The notes under the pieces were generated by a model, which worked only from the letters and a program-made list of their open reading frames with translations, was not told where the DNA came from and made no database searches. 51,421 nt of DNA from Mariprofundus sp. (GTDB taxonomy: Bacteria > Pseudomonadota > Zetaproteobacteria > Mariprofundales > Mariprofundaceae), in contig JALUYG010000235.1 in assembly GCA_027013105.1 (NCBI GenBank), positions 1 to 51,421 of the forward strand. Direction: 5' to 3'. The stretch's first letter is position 1; each line of letters starts with the position of its first letter. The position numbers were made by a program, and so were the translations under genes. Of the stretch, positions 29,113-38,182 are shown in pieces.

Positions 29113-29787
29113 TTATGTTGTCGCAAACAGACAATGAAAAAATCTCCATCTGTTCAACCTGGTCACTTCAAGCACCAGCACGACAAACAGCATGCACATG
29201 GAAGCAATAAGCAAGGCCACAGCCGGCCCGAACAACCACATCACACTGGCTTCCGCCGCTTCCGGCCCCATCGTCACTGTACGGAACCCCATCATAATCC
29301 ATGCTGGCGGATAAGCCAGCGCGCCGATACCGAACGTCCAGCCCAGCAGCTTTTTCCACCCCGGTTTGAGCGATGTAAAGGCGACGATCAATAGTAACAC
29401 AGCGACCAGTGCGCCGATACCCATAAAGTGAATATGACCACGCAATAAGCGCTGCATGGCATCCATAGCCAGACTGCCGGAGTGCGAATGTTGATGCCCT
29501 GCCGCATGGTGACTTTTATCACCTTGTCGGGATTCGTTATGATGATGGCCGCCAGCAGCCTGATCAGGATGATCATGAGCCGAAAGCATTTGATCCATAT
29601 TCAGCTCCTGCATCAGATGCTGCATCTGAACCTCTTTAAGCTCTGCCTCCTGAGACTCAAAGCCCCCATGCAATTGCTCGTGGTGCGTGGCAATATATGC
29701 AACCCAAAGTGTTCCCAGTATCACTGCAAGCAGAGCCATCGCCAGACCGTGATATACATCCAGTAAAGAATCTCTCAGACCGTGCAT
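29113..29787 (-). CDS. Membrane protein with His-rich loop
   Basis: About 4 TM segments, loop HDHPDQAAGGHHHN...HHAAGHQHSHS, then RGHIHFMG; RBS GAGGAG. Confidence 0.8.
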   Translation of the reverse strand: MHGLRDSLLDVYHGLAMALLAVILGTLWVAYIATHHEQLHGGFESQEAELKEVQMQHLMQELNMDQMLSAHDHPDQAAGGHHHNESRQGDKSHHAAGHQHSHSGSLAMDAMQRLLRGHIHFMGIGALVAVLLLIVAFTSLKPGWKKLLGWTFGIGALAYPPAWIMMGFRTVTMGPEAAEASVMWLFGPAVALLIASMCMLFVVLVLEVTRLNRWRFFHCLFATT

Positions 29788-29809
29788 TTTCTCTCCTCGG
29801 ACAATCATA

Positions 29810-29908
29810 TTATTTTTTCCGATTCAGGATCATAACAGCAGCAGCGATGATCACCACGCCAAGCGCACCCAGTAATAATATCACATCATTAAACTGCGAT
29901 TCATTCAT
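29810..29908 (-). CDS. 32-aa single-TM small protein (not in ORF track)
   Basis: MNESQFNDVILLLGALGVVIIAAAVMILNRKK; fills the gap co-directionally; RBS weak. Confidence 0.5.
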   Translation of the reverse strand: MNESQFNDVILLLGALGVVIIAAAVMILNRKK

Positions 29909-29939
29909 TCAGATTCACCATGCATGCCGCCCTCCTGAA

Positions 29940-29967
29940 AAACGGGGGCCAAAGTCAGCCCCCGTTT
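29940..29967 (-). terminator. Terminator-like hairpin after the cyc2-like gene
   Basis: AAACGGGGGC-N8-GCCCCCGTTT with T run on the minus strand. Confidence 0.7.
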
Positions 29968-29978
29968 CAGCATCTCAC

Positions 29979-31361
29979 TTACAATGCAAAGTCCAGCCCT
30001 GCAATAATGGTGTTGAGCGTATTCTGCTGCCTGACAATAGTTTTACCGCCCATTGCCCCCATGGATGTCACCAGGTTTCGCGTATTGGTATATGAAACAA
30101 AGCCCTGAACATTTTGCGCCACCTGATACAGGCCATAGACAGTGATGTTATTGGTCGCCTTAGGCCGAACCTTCTGATTCGTCAGCATTTTCAGATCAAC
30201 GCGTGATTGATCCCACTTGACTCCGACCATCACGCCATCGGTTACAATATATTCGGCGGCAACGGTAATGGCTCTGACATCCAGTTTCTCATTACCCGGC
30301 GCTGTACTGCGATTGCTGCCCAGCGTAATCGCGCCCCACATCTGCAGCGGCTCGCCATAGTTCAAGGCGAAGTCCACGCCATAACGCGTCACATTTTTAA
30401 ATTGCATCACATTGGCTGTCGTTTTCCCAGGCAGCCCCATGGCCATCAGCATCGAACGACCACCGCCGAAGGCGTCGCTGCCGTAGTTGCTGGCTCGATA
30501 GGCATAGACGCCGACAATGTAGTCATCCGCGAACTCCTGCGCCAAACGGCCATAAAATGCCGTCGAAACCTTATTCGCCTGACTGGCATTCTTGCCGTAG
30601 GTGAAGGCGGAGAAGTTATACAGCGTACCGACGCCGGAATCGCCGTTGGTTGTGCCATGCACGCTGACACCGTCGCCCATCATCAACATCGTGCCTCCAG
30701 CCATCTGCGCAGCATTCACTGCACCAAATCCGAGCGGCCGCTGCGACATCATCGTCATGCCATAGCCGACATCATTCTGCACCCGGCCGACACGCACCTT
30801 GAACAGATCGTTGAAGTAATACAGCACTTCAGCCATGCCGATACCATTCTGATTGGCGTCAATCCACCAACCGAGGTTATCATAGGAACCGGATGAGATC
30901 AGACCCAGTTCGCCCAGGCCGATTTTGCGATTGGAAGTCCATTGGCCGGGTGAAACTTCCACCAGACCATTATCGATCATCCCCATCGGCTGGCCGGGCA
31001 TCACCACATTACCATCATTGGCTAAAATAGGGCCGGCGCCTGAATAGGTGACCTGGGTTCTCAGCGTAAACGGAAAGTTACTAGCCAGCACAGCTGCAGG
31101 AGACTCATCGCCGGTGTCTATATTCTTGCCGGGGCCGTTCTGCATATCCTGATCGTCTTTACCATCTGCAAACCGAAACCCACGCTCACGGAATGCAACG
31201 CCCATCTTGCTAAGCTTGGGAAACATCGTATGGCACGAGTTGCAAGAGAGCCCGTATTTTCGGGCAAAGACCGGAATGGCATCAGCATCTTTCGCCCAGA
31301 ATGCGAGCGTACCCACAAGGGTGAAAGCGCCAATGACCGTAGTCATCATTATTTTTTTCAT
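29979..31361 (-). CDS. Cyc2-like monoheme cytochrome c / porin fusion
   Basis: Signal peptide then AIPVFARKYGLSCNSCHTMFPKL..MG.AFRERGF (AxPxFAR, CxxCH, PxL of the Cyc2 family), beta-strand-rich remainder, ends GLDFAL. Confidence 0.85.
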   Translation of the reverse strand: MKKIMMTTVIGAFTLVGTLAFWAKDADAIPVFARKYGLSCNSCHTMFPKLSKMGVAFRERGFRFADGKDDQDMQNGPGKNIDTGDESPAAVLASNFPFTLRTQVTYSGAGPILANDGNVVMPGQPMGMIDNGLVEVSPGQWTSNRKIGLGELGLISSGSYDNLGWWIDANQNGIGMAEVLYYFNDLFKVRVGRVQNDVGYGMTMMSQRPLGFGAVNAAQMAGGTMLMMGDGVSVHGTTNGDSGVGTLYNFSAFTYGKNASQANKVSTAFYGRLAQEFADDYIVGVYAYRASNYGSDAFGGGRSMLMAMGLPGKTTANVMQFKNVTRYGVDFALNYGEPLQMWGAITLGSNRSTAPGNEKLDVRAITVAAEYIVTDGVMVGVKWDQSRVDLKMLTNQKVRPKATNNITVYGLYQVAQNVQGFVSYTNTRNLVTSMGAMGGKTIVRQQNTLNTIIAGLDFAL

Positions 31362-31424
31362 TGGGATAAACCCTCCTGTTTCAAAATTTTGAACTGGCTC
31401 GCAGCAGCGAACAGTTACAACAGG

Positions 31425-31441
31425 AGAAAGTTGTCTGCCAA
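31425..31441 (-). promoter_or_regulatory. Putative sigma-54 (-24/-12) promoter of the cyc2-like gene
   Basis: Minus strand TTGGCAGACAACTTTCT against consensus YTGGCACG-N4-TTGCW; correct spacing, but TTTC instead of TTGC. Confidence 0.5.
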
Positions 31442-31550
31442 CGCAAGCGGGTAGCGGGGATTCGGCGGCAGTAGAAGTTTTATGCTTTAATTAACAGATA
31501 GTTAAAAGTATTCCATCATGAGGAAAGTGACCAACCAGATTTTTCATCTA

Positions 31551-31587
31551 TGGGAATTCCGGGTGGCGGAATTCCCAAAATCGGGAA
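31551..31587. promoter_or_regulatory. Putative enhancer (UAS) palindromes for the sigma-54 activator
   Basis: TGGGAATTCC-N7-GGAATTCCCA overlapping TTCCC-N6-GGGAA, 110-145 bp upstream of the putative -24. Confidence 0.5.
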
Positions 31588-31588
31588 A

Positions 31589-32875
31589 TCAATCTTCCAG
31601 CTTTCTGTACAGCGTGGAGAGACCAATGCCAAGGCGTTTGGCGGCCAGAGCCTTATCCCCGCCACTATCTTCAATCGTACGCCTGATCCAGTTGCATTCA
31701 AACTGCTGCAAGGCATCCGCCAGCGTCAGGTCGCCCTGTAGTGGCCCGTCGTTCAGATCATCGCCGAAAATAAGTGCGCGCTCCAGATAGTTTTTCAACT
31801 CCCGCACATTACCCGGCCAGGCGTGTTGCTGCACATATTCGGCCACCGCCATCGGCAGTGCGTCAACTGCCCGCCCCATCTCCGTAGCCAGTTCCTGATA
31901 CAGGTTTTCAGCCAGGCTGAGCAGATCGTCCGGACGACTGCGCAGCGGCGGCACTTCTATCGACAGCACCGATAGCCGGTAAAAGAGATCCTGACGAAAA
32001 CGCCGCTCTTCAACCATGCTCTCCAGTAAAATATTGGTTGCAGCAATAATCCTGCCCTTAAAATGCAAATCGCGGGTGCTACCCAGCGGGCGAAATGTGC
32101 CGTCATCGAGCACATGCAGCAATTTGGCCTGCAACTGGATCGGCATTTCACCGATTTCATCCAGAAACAGAGAACCCTCGCCAACTTCTTCAAATAAACC
32201 CTTCTTATTTTTATCCGCACCGGTGAAGGCGCCTTTATGGTAGCCGAACAGTTCGGATTCCAGCAGGTTTTCAGGGATGGATGCACAGTTGATACTGACA
32301 AAAGCGTGCCTGCTACGATCGCCGCTGGCATGCACCAGCTTGGCCAGCAATCCTTTGCCTACGCCGGTTTCCCCGGTGATGAGCAGCGGCGCATCGGAGC
32401 CGGCCGCCCTTGCCGCCAGTTTTCTGATTCGCCGCATCGGGATGGAGTCGCCCAACACCGCCAGTTTGCTGGCTGCCAGTTTTCGCTGCGATTTTCGTGC
32501 AATCTGGCCCTTGAAGTTCTGCAACTCCTGCAGTCGTTTCAAACGTGCAAACAGCTCATCAAAGCGTAGCGGCTTGGAGACATAATCGTAAGCGCCCGCT
32601 TCAATGGCCTGCATAGCTACATCCCGATTCCCAAACGCTGTCATGAAGATAAAAGGAGTATCAATCTCGTGATGCTGGCAATAACGCAGCAACGCAAAAC
32701 CATCGCCATCCGGCAGATTAATATCGGATAACACCACCGAAGGCGCCTCTTGCTCAATCATGCCAAGCCCATTTTCCATCGTTCCGGCTTCCAGCACATC
32801 ATAGCCCTCTTCCGCCAGCATCTGCGCAATGCCTTCACGGATTCGTTGTTCATCCTCAATAATCAGAATCATCAT
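31589..32875 (-). CDS. Sigma-54-dependent response regulator (NtrC family)
   Basis: Receiver (IIEDE, SDINLP), GETGVGK, ESELFG, GAFTGA, WPGNVREL, Fis-type HTH. Confidence 0.95.
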   Translation of the reverse strand: MMILIIEDEQRIREGIAQMLAEEGYDVLEAGTMENGLGMIEQEAPSVVLSDINLPDGDGFALLRYCQHHEIDTPFIFMTAFGNRDVAMQAIEAGAYDYVSKPLRFDELFARLKRLQELQNFKGQIARKSQRKLAASKLAVLGDSIPMRRIRKLAARAAGSDAPLLITGETGVGKGLLAKLVHASGDRSRHAFVSINCASIPENLLESELFGYHKGAFTGADKNKKGLFEEVGEGSLFLDEIGEMPIQLQAKLLHVLDDGTFRPLGSTRDLHFKGRIIAATNILLESMVEERRFRQDLFYRLSVLSIEVPPLRSRPDDLLSLAENLYQELATEMGRAVDALPMAVAEYVQQHAWPGNVRELKNYLERALIFGDDLNDGPLQGDLTLADALQQFECNWIRRTIEDSGGDKALAAKRLGIGLSTLYRKLED

Positions 32876-34359
32876 GCTTTGACAGCCTTCAATGCGGGCA
32901 GGGAAACCCTGAATGTGCAGCCCTCGGGGCCATTGGACAACAGCAGCAAATCGCCATCCATCTGGCGAATTAAGTCTCGGCTGATCGATAGTCCCAGCCC
33001 GGTTCCCTCGCCTCTCTGCTTGGTGGAGAACATCGGAGAAAATATCTCATCGACATGTTGTTGATCAATGCCGCAACCCTGATCAGTCACATCCAGAAAA
33101 ACAGACCCATTTTTCAGATCGGTTTCGATGCAGACCTCAGCGCCTTCCGGCGAGGCGTCAATCGCATTAATCAGTATATTAACCAGCACCTGTCGCAGCA
33201 TGTCGTCACTTCCAGAAATCAGACCGACGTCGGCATGCTGCTTATAAGTCAGCTCTACATGCCTGGCCTTTCGGGCCAAACCGACCAGTTGCATCGAACT
33301 CTCGATGACAGACTGCAGATCGATCACCTCCCTGAGTTCACGCGATGGCCGCCCGAAATCGAGAATATTACGTATAATCGCTTCGGTTCGATGCAACTCT
33401 TCGGAGACATGCTTCAACTGAACTTCAACTTCATTCAACTTGCCGGCCTTGAGTTTACGCCCGGCAATATCCAGAGAAACTGAGGCTGCGCTCAGCGGGT
33501 TGCCAACTTCATGGGCAATATTGGCTGTCATCAACCCCAACGCCTGCATTTTTTCCTGATGCGCCTGCAGACTGCGGGCCTGAACGAGCGCTTCCTGGTG
33601 GTGCCGGACAGACGCCCCCATCACATTTAACGCCCGCGACAGATCGCCAATCTCATTGTTGCCGAATTCCGGGCCTGGCTCCATGAGCTGCACACCTTCC
33701 ACGCCGCGTTCACCAATACTGGCGACCCTCGAACGCAACATCGCCAGCGGCCGGATCATACGCAAATAGACATAACCGGTCAGGCCTGCCAACAGCGTAA
33801 ACAGCACCACCAGTGAAGCAACAAAATCTCCACGCATATCCATGTGCAGCCCGGCCACGAAACGCATGGCATCATTGACAGTATCGTCCATTTCATGGTG
33901 TCGCTGCATTAATATGTGCGATAGCCTTGCCAGTTTTTTATCCATCTCCTGCATCAGGATCGGCCCCTCCATATTGCCGGTGGCAAACGGAAGTGCAAAA
34001 ATCTGCTCAGCGCTTTGATTGATATCATTCACGGCGCGCAGTATCTCTTTGACATCAACGCCTAAGCTTGCAACATGGTCGATACCCTTGCGCAACCCGG
34101 CGATGTGATCCCGATAGGCATTGATATGCCGTTCAGAGCCGGTGATCAGGAAATCATGGACATAGGCCGCCTGAGTGCGCACGGCCAGTTCCAGTTCATG
34201 CAAGGCATGGCTCTTGTGGTTCACCGACTCAATCTGCAGCGCCTGATTATGAATATTGGAAATATCGCGAAGCTGCTCCCAGCCCACAACAGCAGCCACA
34301 ACAAATACTGCCAGCAACCAAAGCGCCACCACGCCGGACAAACCGCGAAAAAAGTTCAT
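32872..34359 (-). CDS. Sensor histidine kinase (periplasmic domain, HAMP)
   Basis: Two TM segments, HAMP (NEIGDLSRALN), H-box AHEVGNPL, N box, DQGCG, GTGLGL. Confidence 0.95.
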   Translation of the reverse strand: MNFFRGLSGVVALWLLAVFVVAAVVGWEQLRDISNIHNQALQIESVNHKSHALHELELAVRTQAAYVHDFLITGSERHINAYRDHIAGLRKGIDHVASLGVDVKEILRAVNDINQSAEQIFALPFATGNMEGPILMQEMDKKLARLSHILMQRHHEMDDTVNDAMRFVAGLHMDMRGDFVASLVVLFTLLAGLTGYVYLRMIRPLAMLRSRVASIGERGVEGVQLMEPGPEFGNNEIGDLSRALNVMGASVRHHQEALVQARSLQAHQEKMQALGLMTANIAHEVGNPLSAASVSLDIAGRKLKAGKLNEVEVQLKHVSEELHRTEAIIRNILDFGRPSRELREVIDLQSVIESSMQLVGLARKARHVELTYKQHADVGLISGSDDMLRQVLVNILINAIDASPEGAEVCIETDLKNGSVFLDVTDQGCGIDQQHVDEIFSPMFSTKQRGEGTGLGLSISRDLIRQMDGDLLLLSNGPEGCTFRVSLPALKAVKA

Positions 34360-34413
34360 GCCATCATCTACCCATAACCATCCGCCCTCCGAACCAACTG
34401 CAACTGTCTCCCT

Positions 34414-35025
34414 TTATTGGTTCAAATAACGACTTGCCTCCAGATGACCGGGCACCCGCACCAGCACCTTGCGATATGCACTCTTTGCCAACGCTGCTTT
34501 ACCTTGCCAGGCATAGGCTCTTGCCAGATAGACCAGAATGGTTGCATTGGAAGGGTAATAGGCAGACAGGGACAGGCTGTGTTTGGTGAGAGTTTCCCAC
34601 TTTCTCAGACCCTCTTCACAGGCCATCATACGAATATTGGCCAGATAGTTGTATGGCGATTGCGCCAGCACTTGCTTCAGGTAACGCGAAGCCTCATTCC
34701 AGCGCTGCTGCGCCATCAGCGGCAGGGCAATGCCAAGTCTGGCATCAAATGAGCGCTGATTGCGCTCCAGCGCCTGTTTATAGGCTTTAATGGCATCATT
34801 GAAGTTGCCCTGAAGATAATTCAGCCAGCCATAGCGCAACAACGCCAACTCATTCTCATCGCCTTTGCTCAACAGCGGCACCATCAACGCAGCGGCTTTT
34901 TCATATTTTCCATTGGCCTCCAGCGCATAGGAGTCGCTCCACGCACTGTTACTTGCCGCCTGAGAAACCGCCGGCATGAACATGGCCGCCATCATCAGCG
35001 TGAACATCCATTTGAATTTTAACAT
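34414..35025 (-). CDS. Exported TPR protein
   Basis: Signal peptide ending SQA, several TPR-like repeats. Confidence 0.85.
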   Translation of the reverse strand: MLKFKWMFTLMMAAMFMPAVSQAASNSAWSDSYALEANGKYEKAAALMVPLLSKGDENELALLRYGWLNYLQGNFNDAIKAYKQALERNQRSFDARLGIALPLMAQQRWNEASRYLKQVLAQSPYNYLANIRMMACEEGLRKWETLTKHSLSLSAYYPSNATILVYLARAYAWQGKAALAKSAYRKVLVRVPGHLEASRYLNQ

Positions 35026-35040
35026 GATTTTATACTCCCC

Positions 35041-35967
35041 TTACCAGCTTTTAGATATATCGAGATAGCCAAAGCGATTATTATAACTGTTGCTTATCGT
35101 GTTATTCAGATAACGCTCGTTACCGCCCATCAACATCAGGTGCAGCGATTCGGTGATGCGCCACTGTAGCGCCAGCGATAGCGAACCGCGTTGAATATCA
35201 GCGAGGTTGTAAACCGCCGCCGCATCATTATCGACTGCATAGATGCGCTCGCCGAACAGCCCGCCAAGCTGCATCTTCTCAAGATGGTGCCATGAGCCCG
35301 GCGCAAACCAGTGCGTCCATTTCACATCAACTGCCGATGTGCTGCTTTTATTCTGAGCCCGCAGGCGATTTGACGGCTTGATAAACCAGCCTCTGACCTG
35401 AAACCAGTCCGACCCCTGATTCAAACCGAATCCGATCGTCGGCGTAAACTGATCGACGTTCAGATTGTTCTGATAAATCGAATGCGCATAGCCGACATCG
35501 ACGTAGAAGGTTTTGGCGTAATTCAGAAAGGATATCTGGGGCGCCGCCACTTTGACGTTATCGGTATTTCCCGTGACATCGTTGTTGTTGATGAAGTGGC
35601 CGTTCAACATCAGCGTCAGCGGGCCGGGCAAGGCATCGAGGTAGAGTTTATAGCGGGCGTTGGCGAAATAGCCCTGCTGATTGATGCTGTTTCCCGTTTT
35701 GAACGCCAGCCTGGCGTAGTTGGCGGCCAGCGAAAAACCACCCTTATCCAGATAATCTGCACTTAGAATCAGGCCGCCGCTCGAAAGCGAACTGCGCAGC
35801 AGTGAACCGCTATAATTGCCATACAGCCCCTGCAAATCTGTTTTGACCGCCCAGTCGCCATCTGCAGCAAACACCGCCTGCTGCATACTCATCGCCATTG
35901 CGATCAGCCCGGCCATAATGAATAATCCTTTTTTCACTACCCTTTCTCCTGCATTTTGCTGTTTCAT
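35041..35967 (-). CDS. Putative outer-membrane beta-barrel protein
   Basis: Signal peptide, amphipathic strands, C-terminal YLDISKSW; start uncertain. Confidence 0.7.
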   Translation of the reverse strand: MKQQNAGERVVKKGLFIMAGLIAMAMSMQQAVFAADGDWAVKTDLQGLYGNYSGSLLRSSLSSGGLILSADYLDKGGFSLAANYARLAFKTGNSINQQGYFANARYKLYLDALPGPLTLMLNGHFINNNDVTGNTDNVKVAAPQISFLNYAKTFYVDVGYAHSIYQNNLNVDQFTPTIGFGLNQGSDWFQVRGWFIKPSNRLRAQNKSSTSAVDVKWTHWFAPGSWHHLEKMQLGGLFGERIYAVDNDAAAVYNLADIQRGSLSLALQWRITESLHLMLMGGNERYLNNTISNSYNNRFGYLDISKSW

Positions 35968-35971
35968 AATT

Positions 35972-38179
35972 TTACTCCTGTTTTTCGTTATTCTGTTTGT
36001 TATCTGTCACAACCGTCCATGCCGGGATGCCTGCATCCGCTTTCTGGCCAATCTCCAGCAGCGTGGCTTCGAGCAGTGTTGCACCGCCTTTTTTCAGACT
36101 GATTCGGGTGCAGCCCAGCCGTGGTTCAATACAGGCTAATGTCGCTGCCTGCATGGGCGGCCCAAGCGGTAGTGGCAAATGATGGCTCCCATGCTGACGC
36201 CACTCTCCTGCACACCAGCGGCGCTCATAATCGCTATCGACCCCGCCGCCCAGCGGCAGCAGCAGTTGAGCGATCAGATGCTGTGGCCATGTTGTCGGCA
36301 GCAAGCGCATTGAAGGTTGATCGCGCCATGCCAGCTTGCCTTCTGTAAACGGGGTCAGCCCCAACGCCAGCACCCATGCATCCAGAAACAGATCTGGCGG
36401 TCCCGCACGATCATAAAAAGCCAGCAAATGGTCCTGACAGGTAAATGCGGCACTGGCGCCGGAATCCATAACCAGTCGCGACTCTCCAAGCAGGTCCAGC
36501 GTGACTGACAGATGCCGTTTTGAGAATATATCGCCCTGTTTTCCGGGCTGGCGCACCTGATAGCAGAACTGCCTTCCCACATTCATTCTCAAACTATCCA
36601 CCAATGCCGGGTCAGTTTTGGGCGTCATCACAGACTCTCCCTCCTCTGGCCGGGAGAACAGACGGAACTGCGGCCTGTCTTTCGCAGCGGCCTGAAACAT
36701 CACTGTTGTTAAATGGAACGGTATCGTCGGGCTGCCCAGCGTTTCGCTGCGCTGAATATGCAAATGCAGATGCGGCTGGGGCGAACGCCCGGAAGAGCCG
36801 CATTCCGCCAGTTGCTGATTCGGGTTGACGTACGCCCCCGCTTCAACGCTGACACTGCCCTGTTTGAGATGCGCCAACAGGGCATACAAGCCATTTTGCA
36901 TGCGTATCAATACGTGGTTTCCCCAGTTATTATCCATATCGACCTGACCGGGCGCATTATCCGGCAAGCTATCGAGCGTCTTGACCACGAATCCGCCCAC
37001 CGGCGACAACACGGGGAGACCAAAACAGTAATAATCATTCAACGCCACGCCATCGGTGCGATAACTTTTGCCATGTTCGATGATATAAAAATCCAGTGCA
37101 TGCTGCCAGGGCGGCTGATGCGTATGCGGGCCGTTAAAACCCTGATAAACATCCCAGCGCCCGTAAAAAGGGGCCATGACCGGCAGGCTGCCGAACTCAC
37201 CATGCCGGGCGATGGCCAGCCGCGTGCGCTCCGCGCTCTTCTCCGGCAGCGCCGGCGCTTCCAGCGTCACCTGCAACGATTCCGAAGCCGGCCGCTTGGT
37301 TAGCGCAATCAGAATCAGCATGGTTGTCATCAAAAAGGGGACCGCCATCACCGGCAGGCCATAGACCAGCATAAATGTTTCGGATGCCGCCGTCACCAGC
37401 GCCGCAATCACTGCGCCTACCATGGCCAGTATAAAGCTCTGCACCCCCGGCAACGTAAAAATGCCGCCCAGCGCCATCGCCACCAGAATAAAGTTAAAGC
37501 CGTTCCAGGCGACCAGATCGGGGTGCGGGCTGCCTGAAAGGAATGAATACGTCGTAAATCCGCATAAAAAACCGGCCACAGCCAACAGGGACAGATAACG
37601 CGATGTAATCAGCAGGCCGGCAAACATCAGCATGCCTGCCAGCGGATGCGGCGTAAAAAAAGCCGAACCGAGTGCGGTAAAAAACTGGTCGACCAAGGGA
37701 GAGATATACGCATCACGCGGCGCCATCGGCAGCAGATAACGGCTAAGCGTGCCATAACTGTGCGCCGCCAGCGTCACCATGAGTGCAACCATGACAAACG
37801 GGAGACTTAAGGCCGGCAATCGATCCAGCCGCCACAACACATCTGCCATGGCTACCGTGGCAAATACCGCCAACACAGCCCCGAGCACAATCAAAACGCC
37901 CAGATACATATCCAGTTGGTAATAAGCGCCCAGCGACAGCCCGACCAGCAGGCTGTTATAGATATGCAACCCGCTATCCAGATTCCTGAACTGTAATAAT
38001 CGGGCAGTGACCACGCCGGCTATGGCCGCCAGCAAGCCGGCCAGTGCGGTATTGGGAAACAGGAAAGTGGCCGCAACGAACAAGCCGCCAACCAGAGGGT
38101 TTTCAGCAAACAGGATCGAGCCGTAGGCCCTGAACAGACCTGCGGCTGTCACCTTAACTGTGCTGAATACAGGGTTCAC
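35972..38179 (-). CDS. Urea-transporter-family membrane domain fused to an M23 peptidase-like domain
   Basis: N-terminal TM block with GLHIYN/GFN and two LP..PF boxes; then HTH..HALDF, WGNHV, AHLKQGS, SGRSPQPHLH; extra C-terminal domain. Confidence 0.85.
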   Translation of the reverse strand: MNPVFSTVKVTAAGLFRAYGSILFAENPLVGGLFVAATFLFPNTALAGLLAAIAGVVTARLLQFRNLDSGLHIYNSLLVGLSLGAYYQLDMYLGVLIVLGAVLAVFATVAMADVLWRLDRLPALSLPFVMVALMVTLAAHSYGTLSRYLLPMAPRDAYISPLVDQFFTALGSAFFTPHPLAGMLMFAGLLITSRYLSLLAVAGFLCGFTTYSFLSGSPHPDLVAWNGFNFILVAMALGGIFTLPGVQSFILAMVGAVIAALVTAASETFMLVYGLPVMAVPFLMTTMLILIALTKRPASESLQVTLEAPALPEKSAERTRLAIARHGEFGSLPVMAPFYGRWDVYQGFNGPHTHQPPWQHALDFYIIEHGKSYRTDGVALNDYYCFGLPVLSPVGGFVVKTLDSLPDNAPGQVDMDNNWGNHVLIRMQNGLYALLAHLKQGSVSVEAGAYVNPNQQLAECGSSGRSPQPHLHLHIQRSETLGSPTIPFHLTTVMFQAAAKDRPQFRLFSRPEEGESVMTPKTDPALVDSLRMNVGRQFCYQVRQPGKQGDIFSKRHLSVTLDLLGESRLVMDSGASAAFTCQDHLLAFYDRAGPPDLFLDAWVLALGLTPFTEGKLAWRDQPSMRLLPTTWPQHLIAQLLLPLGGGVDSDYERRWCAGEWRQHGSHHLPLPLGPPMQAATLACIEPRLGCTRISLKKGGATLLEATLLEIGQKADAGIPAWTVVTDNKQNNEKQE

Positions 38180-38182
38180 TGA

